A stretch of DNA of 64,000 bases, from NCBI GenBank assembly GCA_043228905.1, contig JBHGNT010000115.1:14863-78862 (forward strand), written 5' to 3'. The first letter of the stretch is position 1; the number at the start of each line of letters is the position of its first letter. The translations under genes were made by a program, and so were the position numbers. This DNA is from Azolla caroliniana. Its lineage: Eukaryota; Plantae; Polypodiophyta. Shown one piece after another: positions 62,401 to 64,000 of the stretch. The notes under the pieces were generated by a model that saw nothing but the letters and a program-made list of their open reading frames with translations, searched no databases and was not told the origin of the DNA.

Positions 62401-62715
62401 ATAAGTCCTGAGAAACTCCTGAAATGCAACCATAGAATCTATTCTATTCATGCTATTTTGAGGGAAGGAAGTGGATGATGTCTCATTGTGTATGGTTTCA
62501 GGCTGATTCTTCTTCAAGAATTCTTCCAACGCCCATTCAGAGTCGGACCGAGAACACATCATTTTCTTACTACTGTCTTCAGAAGGCCAGAAGCGCTCCA
62601 TAGCTTGGGTTTGTTCTGCACCATGGCTATGGCCATGGCCATGGTTGCTATCGCTATTTGTGTCAAGCTTCCATAGCGTACCCACTATATCATCCACAGA
62701 GAAATTCCTCTCCAT
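56421..62715 (-). CDS. Group C bZIP transcription factor (Opaque2/CPRF2/bZIP63-like), 7 exons, 667 aa
   Basis: Exons 61456-62715, 58044-58125, 57744-57951, 57587-57662, 57169-57294, 56996-57041, 56421-56626 (2004 nt). Motifs [105 protein letters not shown]. Confidence 0.93.
56679..56790 (+). mobile_element. Possible tRNA-derived SINE in the last bZIP intron
   Basis: A-box-like TAGCCAGATGG (56679) and B-box-like GAGTTCAATTCTCC (~56734). No TSD found. Confidence 0.4.
56808..56954. mobile_element. Small foldback element (Mutator-like MITE)
   Basis: TTTTGGATATTTACCAGAATACCCCTAAGATTT versus reverse-complemented end TTTTGGAAAAACACCAAAATACCCCTATATTT. No clear TSD. Confidence 0.6.
58600..60760. mobile_element. 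Scrambled Ty1/copia remnants in bZIP intron 1
   Basis: [16 protein letters not shown] (~58890, +), SIYGL (~59410, -), DVDPTHY and [12 protein letters not shown] (60040-60195, +). Confidence 0.6.
61780..61940 (-). repeat. Telomere-like hexamer repeats (AACCCT/AATCCT)n encoding an Asn-Pro tract
   Basis: Plus strand GGGTTA/GGATTA arrays translate as NPNPNP in bZIP exon 1. Confidence 0.85.
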
Positions 62716-63345
62716 TGATTCTCTCCAACAGAAAATTCCGATTGAGACTAGCTTGTTCTATCCCTAATTTCTGCGTTGATAGCGCACAAACCCTATTTTC
62801 TGGAACTTTTACTGTGCAACCAGCCACCCGTTTTTTGGAATCTATTCTGCATAAAAAAAACAATATCCTGATTTCCTGAAGTTTTCCTGTGCAAAAAACC
62901 CTAACTTACAGAAGGAAGGCCTTACTCTGACGCTTTCCACACTCTTCTCTGAAACCCTGATTCAGGAGTGTTTCTCCAGAAAAACCTAAAATTGGGAGCT
63001 TCTCAGTAGTAAATCGGACGCACTGGTCAACCTATCCGTCTCTCGGAGAAATCCGAAATCAGAAGGCTTTCTCTGCAGGAATTCCCAATTTGGTATCTTT
63101 TATCTTCGATGCAGAAGTTTTGCTCTCCACAGGAGACTTCTGATCCGGAAGGTTTTCTTCTGTAAAAACAAAGAGCACTACAAATTTGGATCTTTACAAG
63201 GAGGGATTCGGGAATAACACCAAGTCGGGAGGTTCAAAAGGGAACCCTAATTCTGAAGCGTTGAATGAAATCCAATTCCGAAGCTTTTTTCTTTCTTTTG
63301 CGAGGAGAAGAAACCCTAAATTCAGAAGCTTGTCTGTGCAGGACC

Positions 63346-63348
63346 GGG

Positions 63349-63380
<32 letters not shown>

Positions 63381-63500
63381 TAAAAGCCCAAATCGCAGGG
63401 TTACAGATAGGCCGTCTTCTTCTTCTTCTTCTTCTTCTGATGGGATGGATATATGGAGTTGGATAGGGTTTAGATCGATCTCCCTCTTTCTCTCTCTCTC

Positions 63501-63533
<33 letters not shown>

Positions 63534-63540
63534 GTACAAA
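63346..63540. repeat. Poly-G run plus (TTC)n, (CT)n and (TCTG)n tracts upstream of the bZIP
   Basis: Direct reading. Similar poly-G runs at 32248-32268 and 49691-49711. Confidence 0.85.
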
Positions 63541-64000
63541 ACAAAAAAAAAGGATGTGAAGTCCATAGACAAACTATTCAAAGTCAGTTATATGGGGTTT
63601 CTTTTTCTTTCTTTCTTCTTCTTCATTCTTCATTCTTCATTCTTCATCTCCACTTAATGACATGGAGTACATTTTGTGAAGGTCCTGTGTTCTTATCCTC
63701 CCATTTTACCCAACTTTCCTTTCTCGGACATCCGGCCATCCGCCCGCCCGCCCGCCCGCCTGTCCGACCAGCCCATTCATGCCTGCCCATCTCTGCCCAT
63801 CCTTCGGAACCTTCATTCGCCACTCTCCGCCGGCAAATCAATCCATGTCGTTGCCCATCGTTGTGTTGTTATCAATAGTATAGCACAACACAACTCACCC
63901 CCTGCTCGTATCGATGTCTGTATGAACATGTAGAGAATCGGCTCGTTTAGCTCCTTAGTTGTATACTTATGTATACGGTTACAACTTACAACAATTCTGG

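Noticed and set aside
63186-63933. Multiple short ORFs upstream of the bZIP
   Set aside because: Derived from poly-G, microsatellites and GC-rich promoter sequence; no coding signature.

Overview
Eukaryotic nuclear DNA from a land plant. The TE types, PPR motif style and gene families suggest a non-flowering vascular plant, probably a fern (inference). Seven intact genes were assembled by hand from splice signals: SDF2-like MIR protein (+), a 14-exon DBP2-like DEAD-box helicase (-), a WIP/STOP1-related C2H2 zinc-finger protein (-), a DUF2358/NTF2-like protein (+), a ~1,600-aa acidic protein with an N-terminal SAP-like MDFHSL motif (-), a DREB2-type AP2/ERF (+) and a group-C bZIP (-). Mobile DNA includes the 3' half of a Ty3/gypsy chromovirus with its LTR, decayed LINE and Ty1/copia pieces (several in first introns), a pogo/Tc1-like TIR element with TA TSD and a hAT MITE with an 8-bp TSD. 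The most notable unexplained signals are: (1) most intergenic spacers appear to be heavily decayed PLS-class PPR sequence; (2) the group-C bZIP has five copies of its normally single SnRK1-type phospho-motif; (3) SDF2 carries a duplicated pseudo-exon with intact splice sites; (4) all 13 helicase introns are phase 0. No prokaryote-type system such as CRISPR or an operon is present. All calls are by eye, without database searches.
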